The notes beneath the pieces were generated by a model. The model made no database searches, was not told where the DNA came from, and worked only from the letters and a program-made list of their open reading frames with translations. 64,000 nucleotides of DNA, taken from NCBI GenBank assembly GCA_964547775.1, contig CAZJOZ010000004.1, positions 4,286 through 68,285 on the forward strand, in the 5' to 3' direction. Shown piece by piece: positions 23,215-34,395 of this stretch. This DNA is from an uncultured Leucobacter sp. GTDB taxonomy: Bacteria; Actinomycetota; Actinomycetes; Actinomycetales; Microbacteriaceae. The number at the start of each line of letters is the position of its first letter. Position 1 is the first letter of the stretch. Made by a program: the position numbers and the translations under genes.

Positions 23215-23742
23215 TCACCAATCGATGATTCGAGTCTCCCCGATCAGACAGATCGTCTTCTCCGGCCCGACCGCCGGCTGCACGGAGGTGACAACGCTTC
23301 GATCACTTTCAATAACCTGCCCGATCAGACACTCTTCGCCAAAGCGCACAGATACATAGATGTGATCCGCGACCAACTGCGTTTTGCTCTCATCGAAACT
23401 CACCTGCATCACCTCACGCGTGAAGCCGGCTTCCTCGAGGGCGGTGACCACAGGCACTCCCCTGACAGGCTCACTTCCTGCGGAGAACGCCTGCAAGATT
23501 TTCGCGAAATACGGCAGATTGTCATGCGCTGAGCCGTCAGGAACGAGCTCCGGCTCCGCATCCCCCGCGGGAAGCTGTTGAAAATTCTCGTCTGGTGCAC
23601 TGGCACGGTCAGGAACAGACGGCGCGCACCCCACAACGCTGGCCATGAGTGGTGCGACGATCATCGCAACAACGAACCGGTAACGAGTGCGGAGCATGGT
23701 TGCCAGTGTAGCGATTCCCTTCTCATGTGCCTGAACATCCAC
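23215..23742 (-). CDS. Putative lipoprotein, DUF6993-like
   Basis: Hydrophobic signal ending VVGC; C-terminal CLIGQ...CLIGETRIIDW pattern seen next to ettA in Microbacteriaceae. Exact start uncertain. Confidence 0.7.
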   Translation of the reverse strand: MDVQAHEKGIATLATMLRTRYRFVVAMIVAPLMASVVGCAPSVPDRASAPDENFQQLPAGDAEPELVPDGSAHDNLPYFAKILQAFSAGSEPVRGVPVVTALEEAGFTREVMQVSFDESKTQLVADHIYVSVRFGEECLIGQVIESDRSVVTSVQPAVGPEKTICLIGETRIIDW

Positions 23743-23930
23743 TGCGCAGTCCGTAGTACACAGTCATGAATCTGGACCGATCCACCCTCACTTTTCCACA
23801 GAGTTTCCTGCTTTGGAGCGGGTCACCCGTCCTTCATCAAGGATCATTCGTACGTCATCACCGCACGATCAGCACACCCTCACAGTGAGTGCGTGGATTT
23901 CACCACACCCAGAAACACAGGAGCACCCTC

Positions 23931-24401
23931 ATGAGTCAGACCACTATTACCGTCGTCGGAACGATCGCGACAGAGCCAAAGCTCATCCGGACTGCGACAG
24001 AGGTGAACCTGTGTTCCTTTCGACTCGCTCACGATGAGCGGCGCTTTGATCGCCACCAGCAGGCGTGGGTCGATGCGAATACGAACTGGTTCCGCGTGAG
24101 CGTATTCCGCTCACTCGCAGATCACGCTCACGAGTCCCTGCAGAAGGGCGATCGCGTGATCGTCACTGGCCGACTGCGGGTCAGGGAGTGGGAGAACAGC
24201 GAAAGGCGCGGCACCTCTGTTGAGATCGAAGCTGACGCACTTGGCCACGATTTACGGTGGGGTGTGACCGCCTTCACCAAACGAGGGCGAACCTCTCAAG
24301 ATGAGCCATTTGCGGCACCAGATCAACACGCGAGCGAGCACGCCACCGATTCTCTCGGTTCCACTTTCATCCCAGGCGAGTCAGACCAGGTCGCTGCTTG
24401 A
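23931..24401 (+). CDS. ssb: Single-stranded DNA-binding protein (paralogue)
   Basis: OB-fold motifs ITVVGTIATEP, NWFRVSVFR, KGDRVIVTGRL; RBS AGGAG before ATG 23931. Confidence 0.9.
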   Translation: MSQTTITVVGTIATEPKLIRTATEVNLCSFRLAHDERRFDRHQQAWVDANTNWFRVSVFRSLADHAHESLQKGDRVIVTGRLRVREWENSERRGTSVEIEADALGHDLRWGVTAFTKRGRTSQDEPFAAPDQHASEHATDSLGSTFIPGESDQVAA

Positions 24402-24935
24402 CCCCGTCGGGGGGCGCAAGTACTGGGCGTATGCCGCTCGCACCTTATTCACCTTTGGCACCGCCACTGCGAGGCAGTACCCTTGGGTCGGATTCTTTGC
24501 AAAAAAGTTCTGATGAGATTCCGGCGCCGGATACACGGCTCCAAGCGGCTCAATCGTGGTCACTACTTCACCCGGCCACACCTCAGTCGCACGCTGCCGT
24601 GCCGCTTCAAACAGTTCCTGCTGCGAATCATTCGCCGCAAACATTGCCGAACGGTACTGGGTGCCCACATCATTGCCTTGACGATTGAGCTGTGTGGGGT
24701 CATGCATCGTGAAGAAAGCGTCTAAGACCACGTCCGCAGGGAGGATGTCTTCATCAAACGTCACCGCGACTGCCTCCGCATGGCCAGTCGTTCCGGTGCA
24801 CACCTGTTCATAGCTCGGGTCTGCGACATGACCTCCCGTAAAACAAGAATGCACATCGGTCACTCCCCTGAACACGCGGTATGCGGCGTCGAGGCACCAG
24901 TAGCACCCGCCTGCGAGCACGAAGGTAGTTGGCAT
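24381..24935 (-). CDS. msrA: Peptide methionine sulfoxide reductase MsrA
   Basis: LAGGCYWC, GTTGHAEAV, RQGNDVGTQYRS. The 3' end overlaps ssb by 21 nt. Confidence 0.95.
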   Translation of the reverse strand: MPTTFVLAGGCYWCLDAAYRVFRGVTDVHSCFTGGHVADPSYEQVCTGTTGHAEAVAVTFDEDILPADVVLDAFFTMHDPTQLNRQGNDVGTQYRSAMFAANDSQQELFEAARQRATEVWPGEVVTTIEPLGAVYPAPESHQNFFAKNPTQGYCLAVAVPKVNKVRAAYAQYLRPPTGSSSDLV

Positions 24936-24965
24936 TGTGATCCCCTTATCCCGTCTTTCCACGTC

Positions 24966-25790
24966 CTATTTCCACCACTCGTCAGCAGGAGTTACCGGAG
25001 GACGACGCTTGTGCTCCGTACGGCGATAGAGATGCTCGATTCGCTGAGCATCTTCTTCTGCCACCGATTGGCCCATAAGATACGCGTCAATCGCGACGTA
25101 CGACACACCAAGATTCGCTTCGTCTGTTTGACCGGGCTCACCATCAAGCAGGTCAGCAGTGGGGACCTTCTGCCAGAGTCGATCGGGGGCCCCCAAACGC
25201 TGCAACATGAGCGCACCCTGATGTTTCGTGAGACCCGCCAATGGCAACACATCGGCCGCTCCGTCACCAAACTTGGTAAAAAACCCCGTAACGGCTTCAG
25301 CCGCATGATCAGTTCCAAGCACCAACATCGAACGATCACCAGCCAGAGCATACTGGGCCACCATGCGCATGCGCGCTTTGATGTTGCCCTTATTGAAGTC
25401 CGACACCGGCTCATGTGAACTCGAAGAGACTTCTTGCACGAGCGAATCTACGGCCGACGCAATATTTAGCGTAATCACACGGTCCGGCTGAATGAATTCG
25501 AGCGCTCGTTGCGCGTCATCCTCGTCGTGTTGGGTGCCATATGGGAGACGAACCGCTAGGAATTGCGCGTCGTTGCCCTCACTCCGCAACCGCTCCACAG
25601 CCAATTGCGCAAGTCGCGCCGCCAACGATGAATCTTGACCACCGGAGACACCCAGCACAAATCCCCGATTTCCGTTGACATGCGTTGCGTAATCAACCAG
25701 AAACTGGACCCGCCGATCTACCTCTCGATCCGCGTCAAAGTTGACCTCGACGCCAAGCGTCTCTTGCACTTCTCGCTGGATTCCGCTCAT
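24966..25790 (-). CDS. nadE: NH3-dependent NAD+ synthetase
   Basis: LGVSGGQDSS, GNIKARMRM, GFFTKFGDG, KVPTADL; no glutaminase domain. Confidence 0.96.
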   Translation of the reverse strand: MSGIQREVQETLGVEVNFDADREVDRRVQFLVDYATHVNGNRGFVLGVSGGQDSSLAARLAQLAVERLRSEGNDAQFLAVRLPYGTQHDEDDAQRALEFIQPDRVITLNIASAVDSLVQEVSSSSHEPVSDFNKGNIKARMRMVAQYALAGDRSMLVLGTDHAAEAVTGFFTKFGDGAADVLPLAGLTKHQGALMLQRLGAPDRLWQKVPTADLLDGEPGQTDEANLGVSYVAIDAYLMGQSVAEEDAQRIEHLYRRTEHKRRPPVTPADEWWK

Positions 25791-25842
25791 GGGTCAAGCC
25801 TACTCTTCGGAGGAGTTGGACGGGTGATCACGCTCTCCATGC

Positions 25843-28800
25843 TCAGAGATCAATCAGGCAACGCGGCCCGAGCAACCCCTTCAGCTCACCGAAAAGGTCT
25901 GAGGAAACATCAACCGTAAGCGGAAGCTCAAATACTCGCGCGGAGGTCCGCGTCAGGAGGTTGAGACGAACCTCGCCAGAGCCAGGGTGGCGTTCCAGGA
26001 CCTCGCGGAGCCGCTCCATGAGCTCCTGGGTAGCCCGACTTTCTGAAATGGTAATTGCCAGATCGGAGACCTCATCACGTGTGGTGCTATCAAGCACTCG
26101 CACAGAATACGCATGCATCGATACGCCGTCATCGCGCGAATTCAATTTTCCGCGAACCGCCACAATGCTGTCTTCCTGCAGGAGGTGTCCGAACTCCTGG
26201 TAGCCCTTACCCATAAAGAGAGCTTGAATTTCTCCAGTGAAATCTTCAATCGTGACTGATCCGTACAGATTTCCCGACTTCGCCGTTCGATGCTGCACTG
26301 ACGAAAGAAGACCCGCAACGACGACCGTGTCGCCATCTACCATTGTGTCGGGATTCGTGAGGTGTTCCAGCGTCGCTGTCGCCTCTTTCGCCAGGGTCGA
26401 CTCGAGACCGCGCAGCGGGTGATCAGACACATACAAACCCAGCATTTCCCGTTCGAATGCGAGCTTATCTTTCTTCGTCCATTCGGGCCGGTCAGGGACC
26501 TGCGTACTCAGTCCAGCATGATCGTCAGCTCCCGCGTCCTCGAAGAGGCTGTCAAAATCAAATCCAACATTGCCGTGCTCAGCGTCACGTTTCTCTTTCA
26601 CTGCTGATTCAACGGCGTTCTCATGGATCTCAACCAACGCGCGTCGCGAATGACCGAACGAATCAAAGGCTCCCGCCTTAATCAACGACTCCACGGTTCG
26701 CTTGTTTAAGACTGTGAGCGGTACTCGCTTCAGAAAATCATGGAATGAGGTGAACCCTCCTCCGGATTCTCGGGTCGTACGAATACCTTCGACCACGTGT
26801 GTGCCGACATTTCTCACCGCACCCAAACCGAACCGGATGTCGTTGCCGACCGCAGCGAAATTTGCGAACGACTCGCCGACGTCAGGCGGGAGCACTTTGA
26901 TGCCCATACGACGACACTCATTGAGGTAGACAGCGAGTTTGTCTTTCGAATCGCCAACGCTGGTGAGCAGCGCAGCCATGTATTCCGCAGGGTAATGTGC
27001 TTTCAGGTAGGCCGTCCAATAACTCACCAACCCATACGCGGCAGAGTGTGCCTTATTGAATGCATAGTCAGAGAATGGCAACAGGATTTCCCATAACGCG
27101 GTGATGGCAGCGGTCGAAAAGCCCCGCTCTTGCATGCCCCTCGAGAAACCTTCGTACTGCTTATCGAGTTCCTCTTTCTTCTTTTTCCCCATGGCGCGAC
27201 GCAGGATATCGGCTTCGCCAAGACTGAAACCCGCCACCTTTTGCGCGATGGACATCACCTGCTCCTGATAGATGATCAGGCCGTATGTTGTATCAAGGAT
27301 TTCCCGTAGCGGCTCCTCGAGTTCCGGATGGATCGGAGTGATCGCTTGCAAGCCGTTTTTACGCAGTGCGTAGTTTGTATGCGAGTCAGCGCCCATCGGC
27401 CCCGGGCGATACAGTGCGAGCACCGCGGAGATATCTTCAAAATTGTCGGGTTTCATCAGCCGCAGAAGGCCACGCATCGGACCACCGTCGAGCTGGAACA
27501 CCCCGAGGGTGTCACCTCGAGCAAGGAGTTCATACGATGCACTGTCGTCGAGAGGGAGCGCCTCGAGGTCGAGATCTATGCCCTGATTCTGACGAATATT
27601 TTCGAGAGCATCACTAATAATGGTCAGATTTCGCAGCCCCAAGAAATCCATTTTGATCAGCCCGAGGCTTTCACAGGTCGGATAGTCGAATTGGGTGACG
27701 ATCTGGCCGTCCTGCTCCCGCTTCATGATGGGGATAATGTCTATGAGCGGATCACTGGACATAATCACGCCCGCTGCGTGAACGCCCCACTGCCGCTTCA
27801 AGCCTTCAAGTCCGAGTGCTGTCTCGTAGACGGTCTTCGCGTCAGGGTCTTCCTGCAGCACCGTGCGGAACTCCGCCGCTTCCTTGTAGCGGGGGTGCTC
27901 AGGATCGGTGATGCCCGCGAGCGGAATGTCTTTGGCCATGACCGCCGGAGGCATTGCCTTCGTGAGCTTTTCACCCATCCCGAAGGGAAAACCCAGCACC
28001 CGTGAGGCATCTTTGAGTGCTTGCTTGGACTTAATCGTCCCGAATGTCACAATCTGGGCGACTCGTTCATCCCCATACTTTTCAGTGACGTACTTGATGA
28101 CCTCGCCGCGCCGCCGATCGTCAAAATCGACGTCAAAGTCCGGCATTGACACACGATCAGGGTTCAAGAACCGCTCAAAAATCAATCCGTGCTGGAGCGG
28201 ATCAAGATCGGTGATTCGCATGGCGTATGCAGCCATTGACCCTGCGCCGGACCCGCGACCAGGTCCCACCCGAATGCCATGATCCTTTGCCCAGTTAATA
28301 AAGTCAGCAACAACGAGAAAATAGCCGGGGAATCCCATCTGTACGATGACACCGGTTTCATACTCTGCCTGGCGTCGAACCTCATCGGGAATGCCTGCGG
28401 GATAGCGAACATGCAGTCCCCGCTCGACCTCCTTGACGAACCAGCTTTCTTCGGTTTCACCCGCTGGCACAGGGAATCGTGGCATATAGTTTGCCGACGT
28501 GTTGAACTCACTCTCACAGCGCTCCGCGACCAAGAGGGTGTTGTCACATGCTTCGGGAAGTTCGCGGAAGAGGTGGCGCATCTCAGCCGCGCTCTTCAAA
28601 TAGTAGCCATCCCCGTCGAACTTAAATCGGTTCGGATCATCGAGTCGAGATCCGGACTGCACACACAGGAGTGCCTCGTGTGATTTGGCATCATGTTGAT
28701 GGGTGTAGTGCAAATCATTGGTCGCCAGAAGTGGAATATCAAGATCTCGCGCAATGCGAAGCAGATCAGCCTGCACACGGCGTTCAATTTCGAGTCCGTG

Positions 28801-29376
28801 ATCCATGAGCTCACAGAAGAAGTTCTCTTTACCGAAGATGCTCTGAAACTCTGCAGCAGCCTGACGTGCCTCAGCAAACTGACCGAGCCGCAGTCTGGTA
28901 TGAATCTCTCCGGAAGGGCATCCGGTGGTCGCAATGATTCCTTTTGCGTAGCGCTGGAGGAGCTCTCGATCCATGCGCGGCTTGAAATAATAGCCCTCAA
29001 TCGACGCCAAGCTCGAGAGCCGGAAAAGATTATGCATCCCCTCCGTTGTCTCTGATAACAGCGTCATATGGGTGAAGGCTCCACCGCCGGACACATCATC
29101 GCCGCCGCCGTCACCCCACCGAACCCTGCTTCGATCACTTCGATGAGTCCCTGGCGTCAGGTACGCCTCAATACCGATGATCGGTTTAATTCCGGCGTCG
29201 CGGGCGGTTTTCCAGAAATCGTAGGCACCAAACGTTTGCCCATGATCGGTGACCGCGATGGCCGGCATGCCCTGCTGCACCGCCGCTTCAATGAGCGGTT
29301 TGACTCGAGCTGCCCCGTCGAGCATCGAGTACTCGCTGTGCACATGTAAATGGACGAACCCACCCTGATCGGACAC
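25843..29376 (-). CDS. dnaE: DNA polymerase III alpha subunit
   Basis: PHP domain (HLHVHSEYSMLDGA), GRGSGAGS, PDFDVDF, FNKAHSAAY, OB fold. Normal length, no intein. Confidence 0.98.
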   Translation of the reverse strand: MSDQGGFVHLHVHSEYSMLDGAARVKPLIEAAVQQGMPAIAVTDHGQTFGAYDFWKTARDAGIKPIIGIEAYLTPGTHRSDRSRVRWGDGGGDDVSGGGAFTHMTLLSETTEGMHNLFRLSSLASIEGYYFKPRMDRELLQRYAKGIIATTGCPSGEIHTRLRLGQFAEARQAAAEFQSIFGKENFFCELMDHGLEIERRVQADLLRIARDLDIPLLATNDLHYTHQHDAKSHEALLCVQSGSRLDDPNRFKFDGDGYYLKSAAEMRHLFRELPEACDNTLLVAERCESEFNTSANYMPRFPVPAGETEESWFVKEVERGLHVRYPAGIPDEVRRQAEYETGVIVQMGFPGYFLVVADFINWAKDHGIRVGPGRGSGAGSMAAYAMRITDLDPLQHGLIFERFLNPDRVSMPDFDVDFDDRRRGEVIKYVTEKYGDERVAQIVTFGTIKSKQALKDASRVLGFPFGMGEKLTKAMPPAVMAKDIPLAGITDPEHPRYKEAAEFRTVLQEDPDAKTVYETALGLEGLKRQWGVHAAGVIMSSDPLIDIIPIMKREQDGQIVTQFDYPTCESLGLIKMDFLGLRNLTIISDALENIRQNQGIDLDLEALPLDDSASYELLARGDTLGVFQLDGGPMRGLLRLMKPDNFEDISAVLALYRPGPMGADSHTNYALRKNGLQAITPIHPELEEPLREILDTTYGLIIYQEQVMSIAQKVAGFSLGEADILRRAMGKKKKEELDKQYEGFSRGMQERGFSTAAITALWEILLPFSDYAFNKAHSAAYGLVSYWTAYLKAHYPAEYMAALLTSVGDSKDKLAVYLNECRRMGIKVLPPDVGESFANFAAVGNDIRFGLGAVRNVGTHVVEGIRTTRESGGGFTSFHDFLKRVPLTVLNKRTVESLIKAGAFDSFGHSRRALVEIHENAVESAVKEKRDAEHGNVGFDFDSLFEDAGADDHAGLSTQVPDRPEWTKKDKLAFEREMLGLYVSDHPLRGLESTLAKEATATLEHLTNPDTMVDGDTVVVAGLLSSVQHRTAKSGNLYGSVTIEDFTGEIQALFMGKGYQEFGHLLQEDSIVAVRGKLNSRDDGVSMHAYSVRVLDSTTRDEVSDLAITISESRATQELMERLREVLERHPGSGEVRLNLLTRTSARVFELPLTVDVSSDLFGELKGLLGPRCLIDL

Positions 29377-29463
29377 CCACTCGCCTCCCTCACCTGTCGT
29401 GATCCAGCGTACCGGCCCGAGCCGAGAAGAACGATGAACGCGGGGCTGTCTTCTCCGCCACCC

Positions 29464-30381
29464 CTAGGAACGCAAGATCTCCAGCGCGCGCGAGAGATCC
29501 TCGGGATAGGTACTCTCAAACTCCACGAGTTCCCCTCGCCCGGGGTGCGTAAAGCTCAGCCTCATCGCGTGAAGCCACTGGCGCTCAAGCCCTAGTCTGG
29601 CGCTCAGCGTGGGATCAGCTCCATACATCGGATCACCCACACAGGGGTGGTGCTGAGCCGCCATATGCACTCGAATCTGATGTGTACGCCCAGTCTCCAG
29701 TTCAACCTCAAGGAGTGAGGCATAGGGAAATGCTTCAAGGGTCACATAATGGGTAATTGAAGGCTTGCCGTCTCGTGTTACTGCGAACTTCCACTCGCTC
29801 CCAGGGTGGCGACCGATCGGTCCATCAATCGTCCCGGCAAGCGGATCTGGATGGCCCTGGACCACCGTGTGATAGATCTTCGTGACTTCGCGACGACGGA
29901 AGGCCCACTTCAGTGCGCTGTAGGCTGATTCGCTCTTGGCGACGACCATAAGTCCGCTCGTGCCGACGTCGAGCCGCTGCACAATCCCTTGCCGTTCCGG
30001 AGCGCCCGACGTCGCGATTCGGAAGCCGGCTCCAGCTAATGCTCCGAGCACAGTAGGCCCTTCCCAGCCAAGCGATGGATGCGCCGCCACTCCGGGAGGT
30101 TTATCGATCACCACAAGATCGTCGTCATCGTAGACAATAGACAGTTCCGGAAGGTCTACGGGCACCACCTCGGGGCCCTTCTTCTCAACCCAGCTCACCT
30201 CAAGCCAGCCGTCCGCATGTAGGCGGTCAGACTTGGCGAGTGGCCGCCCATCAATGGTTACCCCGCCTGATTGCACAATCTCTGCAGCAAACGAACGGGA
30301 GAACCCAAAGAGCGTTGCGAGTGCACTGTCTACGCGCTGACCGACGAGTCCGTCAGGGACGGGCAATGACCGATGTTCCAT
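29464..30381 (-). CDS. RluA/RluD-family pseudouridine synthase
   Basis: S4-like N-terminus, QRLDVGTSG catalytic Asp motif, GRTHQIRVH. Start moved to ATG 30381, just after the lspA stop. Confidence 0.94.
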   Translation of the reverse strand: MEHRSLPVPDGLVGQRVDSALATLFGFSRSFAAEIVQSGGVTIDGRPLAKSDRLHADGWLEVSWVEKKGPEVVPVDLPELSIVYDDDDLVVIDKPPGVAAHPSLGWEGPTVLGALAGAGFRIATSGAPERQGIVQRLDVGTSGLMVVAKSESAYSALKWAFRRREVTKIYHTVVQGHPDPLAGTIDGPIGRHPGSEWKFAVTRDGKPSITHYVTLEAFPYASLLEVELETGRTHQIRVHMAAQHHPCVGDPMYGADPTLSARLGLERQWLHAMRLSFTHPGRGELVEFESTYPEDLSRALEILRS

Positions 30382-30388
30382 CAGCAAC

Positions 30389-30991
30389 TCAACTTTCCGG
30401 ATCGACGGGCACATCCGTCGATCCGCTGTTGCGGTGCTTCGGATGACGTGGGGAGCCGTCGATGGGGAGCCCGAGGATGGTAATGACAATGAACAGCACC
30501 ATCGCGGAGACAATGGCCATATCGGCAATGTTGTATATGGCCGGGTTGAAACCCAACCACATCCAGGGCGTGAGAATGAAATCGATCACATGGCCGACAG
30601 GAAAACCAGGCTCTCGTGTCAGGCGATCGGTGAGGTTCCCAAGCACCCCTCCGAGAAGAAGTGCGAAAAATATTGCCCATGAACGTGAACCAAGGTTGCG
30701 CACCTGCCAGATGATGGCGCCAACAACAATCACTGCGAGGAGCGTGAACATCCAGGTCGCACCGCCGGCAATAGAGAATGCCGCACCTGGGTTCCGTACG
30801 AAGTACCACTGCAGGAAGTCGCCGAGAACCGGGACCGCCCTGCCCTCGGGAAGGTTCGCAACAACCCAGTTCTTGCTGAGCTGGTCAGCGGCGTAGATAA
30901 GTACGGCAAGTCCGAGCAAGACCATAGCCTGGGCGCGATGCACCGGCTGAGGTCTTGCTCGGGAAGATGCTGACGTGGATTCTTCGGTCAC
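30389..30991 (-). CDS. lspA: Lipoprotein signal peptidase II
   Basis: [33 protein letters not shown]. Confidence 0.95.
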   Translation of the reverse strand: MTEESTSASSRARPQPVHRAQAMVLLGLAVLIYAADQLSKNWVVANLPEGRAVPVLGDFLQWYFVRNPGAAFSIAGGATWMFTLLAVIVVGAIIWQVRNLGSRSWAIFFALLLGGVLGNLTDRLTREPGFPVGHVIDFILTPWMWLGFNPAIYNIADMAIVSAMVLFIVITILGLPIDGSPRHPKHRNSGSTDVPVDPES

Positions 30992-30999
30992 GCGGAGGT

Positions 31000-31614
31000 C
31001 TAGTCGAGGCCTGCCGGAGCGCCACCGGGCTCAGGCGAACCATCGAGATTGCGAAGTTGCGACTGAATGTACGACCGCAGGGTTGTGCGATATTCGCCTT
31101 CGAACTCACGGAGTTCCCGGATCACGTCACGCAGATCGCTCTTCTCGCCTTCGAGACGCTTCAGCACCTCGGCACGCTCAGCTTCAGCTTCAGACACGAG
31201 GCGCGTTGCTTCCTTCTGCGCGGTCTGAATCAGTTGATCGTGCTCTGCTTTGCCCTCAGCGACATGCTTGTCATGCAGTTCAAGCGCCAACTGGAGCATT
31301 GCACTCGACTTCACGGAATCAGCGGAATAGGCGCTCGGCGCGGGCTCAACCGGCGCGGCAGGTTGCGGCGCATCCACAACAATGGTGCGCTCTGAGGCAG
31401 GTGCGGCACTGTCTCCAGCGTGCTCCTTCAGCGATGCAATCTCCGCCTGCGCAGCTTCAAGCTGAGCTCGTAAGTCTGATTCAGTCTGCTCGCGCTCGCG
31501 GAGCTCTTCGACAATGGTGTCCAGAAATTCATCAACCTGATCGAGGTCATAGCCATCACGGAACTTCGTGATCGTGAATTTCTGATTCAAGACATCTTCG
31601 GGAGTCAGTGCCAT
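31000..31614 (-). CDS. divIVA: DivIVA/Wag31 polar growth protein
   Basis: MALTPEDV..KF..TKFRDGYDLDQVDEFLD followed by coiled coils. Confidence 0.94.
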   Translation of the reverse strand: MALTPEDVLNQKFTITKFRDGYDLDQVDEFLDTIVEELREREQTESDLRAQLEAAQAEIASLKEHAGDSAAPASERTIVVDAPQPAAPVEPAPSAYSADSVKSSAMLQLALELHDKHVAEGKAEHDQLIQTAQKEATRLVSEAEAERAEVLKRLEGEKSDLRDVIRELREFEGEYRTTLRSYIQSQLRNLDGSPEPGGAPAGLD

Positions 31615-31689
31615 CGTGTTTTGTCTCTTTCGCTTTCACACCGCATCGGTGGTTATCTTCAGTAACGCTAGCAAAAATTCTTCGTTCGG

Positions 31690-31980
31690 TCACACCTGCA
31701 AGAACATCAAGAGGATCAGACAACAGAACATCGTGACCATCCACCCGAGGTCGAGCGCAACCTGTCCCAAGCGAATGGGGGGCAAAATCTTACGAAACAT
31801 TCGGATCGGTGGATCTGTCAGCGTGTACACCAATTCAGCGATGAACAACACCACGCCCTTGGGTCGAAAGCGCGGCTGAAAGACTCTCACCCAGTCGAGA
31901 ATGAACCGTCCCCAGAGTACGTACATGTAGAGCCGGACCACCCAGCCCAACACAAGGAGAAGAATGACGAGCGCTGACAC
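31690..31980 (-). CDS. YggT-family membrane protein
   Basis: YTLTDPPIRMFRKILPPIRLG..ALD; position between sepF and divIVA. Confidence 0.9.
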   Translation of the reverse strand: MSALVILLLVLGWVVRLYMYVLWGRFILDWVRVFQPRFRPKGVVLFIAELVYTLTDPPIRMFRKILPPIRLGQVALDLGWMVTMFCCLILLMFLQV

Positions 31981-32463
31981 CTATGCGGTCGCACCCACGA
32001 AGAACGTTTCGGCTTCTCCCGCACGGTTCGACGAGTCACCGCTCACTGCGACGTGCTCAGGCGAGAGAAGAAATACCTTACTCGTCACTCGTTCGATGCG
32101 GCCGTTGAGACCCATCACCAATCCTGAAGCAAAATCAATCAGCCGTTTCGCCTCACCCTCATTCATGCGTGAGAGATTCAAAATGACCGGAACTCCGTCG
32201 CGGAAACTTTGAGCAATCACGGTGGCATCGCTGTACTCTGTCGGATGCATCGTGAGGATCTCATTCATTGCCGACGAGGGGGTAGCACGCACAGGTGTGA
32301 CTTTACGCAACGGGGTCACATGAGCGCGATTCTGGGTCGCTGCTGCCGGCTTTGCGACCGATTCTGTCTCTGGACGCGCCTCTTGGGCCGGCGTGTGATG
32401 CTCTTCAAGGTCTTCTTCGGCGAGCCCCAAGAACACCATTGTCTTTTTCAGTGGATTGCCCAT
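31981..32463 (-). CDS. sepF: Cell division protein SepF
   Basis: [29 protein letters not shown]. Confidence 0.95.
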   Translation of the reverse strand: MGNPLKKTMVFLGLAEEDLEEHHTPAQEARPETESVAKPAAATQNRAHVTPLRKVTPVRATPSSAMNEILTMHPTEYSDATVIAQSFRDGVPVILNLSRMNEGEAKRLIDFASGLVMGLNGRIERVTSKVFLLSPEHVAVSGDSSNRAGEAETFFVGATA

Positions 32464-32514
32464 GTCATCTTCTCCTCACGAGATTGCCAACGGGATGCGT
32501 CATTAGCTTCGAGA

Positions 32515-33207
32515 CTACGCCGCATCTGGCCGGTTTCCCGTGATTGCGCTTCCAATTCGTAGGTGTGTCGCCCCTGCCGCAATCGCCTCGCGAAAGTCGT
32601 GCGTCATACCTGCTGAGATCGCCGTTGCCTCTGGCGCGAGGCGCTGCACACGCTCCGAGTAGGTACGAAGCCTCGCGAACGCGCTTTCGGGCGCTTCCTC
32701 CTCAGGGAGAGGCGCGACAGCCATGACACCGCGCAACTGCAGGGTGGGCGTGCTCAGAACCGACTCCGCAAGCCGCTCGAGCTCGTGAGGATCAGCTCCC
32801 CCACGCCCAGGGTCTTCGGTCAGATTCACCTGCAGGAAGGCTTCTATCGGCGTTTCACGCTCGGCAGTGCTCAGCGCTTCAACAAGCCGTTCACGATCAA
32901 TGGAATGAATCGCATGCGCGTACTTTGCAGCCTGGCGTGCTTTCTTGGTTTGGAGTTGCCCAACAAAGTGCCATCGAAGATCAAGAGCCGAAAGTTCCTC
33001 TGCCTTCATCTGAGCTTCTTGATGGCGGTTCTCGCCGACATCTCGAACACCAAGGTCATACAGCGACTGAACCAGACTTGTCGGATGAAATTTGGTGACG
33101 ACAATCAGGGTCAGTTCGTCAGTGCGTCGCCCGGAAGAGTTCGCGGCGTCGGCAATCGCTTCACGCATGACCATCAACCGTTCGGCAAGGCCCTCATGAG
33201 TTGACAT
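32515..33207 (-). CDS. yggS: PLP homeostasis protein YggS/PlsP
   Basis: VVTKFHP, GENRHQE, WHFVGQLQTKK, SAGMTHDF..AI..GATHLRIGS. Confidence 0.95.
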   Translation of the reverse strand: MSTHEGLAERLMVMREAIADAANSSGRRTDELTLIVVTKFHPTSLVQSLYDLGVRDVGENRHQEAQMKAEELSALDLRWHFVGQLQTKKARQAAKYAHAIHSIDRERLVEALSTAERETPIEAFLQVNLTEDPGRGGADPHELERLAESVLSTPTLQLRGVMAVAPLPEEEAPESAFARLRTYSERVQRLAPEATAISAGMTHDFREAIAAGATHLRIGSAITGNRPDAA

Positions 33208-33209
33208 GG

Positions 33210-34382
33210 TTACCTCAGGAACTCCGGAATATCCAGCTCGGAATCATCCGATTCAAACGCGGGATCAAGCAGTTGTTCCTCGACCGGCGGCGTGACGATA
33301 ACCTCACCAAACTCTGTCCGCACCTCACCGGTCTCTCCCGCGGTGACTGGAGCAGCTACTGGTGGCAGGTCTTCGAGCGTTTCTACTCGTCGAGCGCGAC
33401 GACCGCGCTCCTGCACGTTCGTTGCGTTACTCTCAAGTTGTTCAGGATCGAACCCTGCCGCGATCACGGTGACTCGCACCTCATCCCCGAGGGTGTCATC
33501 AATGACCGTGCCAAAAATGATGTTTGCTTCAGGATGCACCACATCGTGGACAAGTTGCGAGGCCTCGGTAATCTCGGCCAGAGCGAGATTCGATGATCCC
33601 TGGATCGAAAGCAATACGCCGTGCGCACCCTCGATTGACGCTTCAAGCAAAGGTGACGCGACTGCAAGCTCAGCAGCTTTAATGGCGCGGTCAGCCCCAC
33701 GTGCGGAACCGATGCCCATCAGCGCCGAGCCAGCCCCCTGCATGACGGACTTCACGTCAGCAAAGTCAACGTTAATGAGTCCCGGCGTAGTAATGAGGTC
33801 GGTGATACCTTGTACACCTGCCAGCAGCACCTGATCCGCCGCCGCAAAGGCGTCGCGCAGGCTGATCCCGGCTTCACTGATTTCAAGCAGTCGGTCGTTC
33901 GGGACCACAATCAGCGTGTCAACAGATTCCCGCAGGGTATGAATACCCGCATCTGCCTGTGCTGCGCGGCGTTTTCCTTCGAAGCCAAAGGGACGGGTAA
34001 CGACACCGATCGTCAGAGCTCCAACGGAGCGCGCAATTCTGGCTACCACTGGCGCCGCACCGGTGCCGGTGCCGCCGCCCTCGCCTGCCGTCACAAACAC
34101 CATGTCGGCACCAGCGAGGGCTTCCTCAATTTCCTCTGCGTGATCCTCTGCTGCACGACGGCCAACTTCAGGATCAGCGCCTGCGCCAAGACCACGAGTG
34201 ATCTCACGCCCAACGTCGAGCTTCACGTCGGCATCACTCAGCAACAGCGCCTGCGCGTCGGTGTTCACCGCAATAAATTCAACTCCGCGGAGGCCGAGCT
34301 CAATCATGCGATTGACAGCATTGACACCACCCCCGCCGACGCCAACGACCTTGATGACTGCGAGGTAGTTCTGGTTCGACAC
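33210..34382 (-). CDS. ftsZ: Cell division protein FtsZ
   Basis: [13 protein letters not shown], tubulin signature GGGTGTG, C-terminal DIPEFLR; RBS GGAGG before GTG 34382. Confidence 0.98.
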   Translation of the reverse strand: MSNQNYLAVIKVVGVGGGGVNAVNRMIELGLRGVEFIAVNTDAQALLLSDADVKLDVGREITRGLGAGADPEVGRRAAEDHAEEIEEALAGADMVFVTAGEGGGTGTGAAPVVARIARSVGALTIGVVTRPFGFEGKRRAAQADAGIHTLRESVDTLIVVPNDRLLEISEAGISLRDAFAAADQVLLAGVQGITDLITTPGLINVDFADVKSVMQGAGSALMGIGSARGADRAIKAAELAVASPLLEASIEGAHGVLLSIQGSSNLALAEITEASQLVHDVVHPEANIIFGTVIDDTLGDEVRVTVIAAGFDPEQLESNATNVQERGRRARRVETLEDLPPVAAPVTAGETGEVRTEFGEVIVTPPVEEQLLDPAFESDDSELDIPEFLR

Positions 34383-34395
34383 GGTGAGTCCTCCC

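Noticed and set aside
24966-25790. Short NadE without a glutaminase domain as a possible truncation
   Set aside because: It is a complete ammonia-dependent NadE type with its own leaderless promoter, a known subfamily.
25843-29376. Possible intein in dnaE
   Set aside because: The 1177-aa length is normal, with no insertion or intein motifs.
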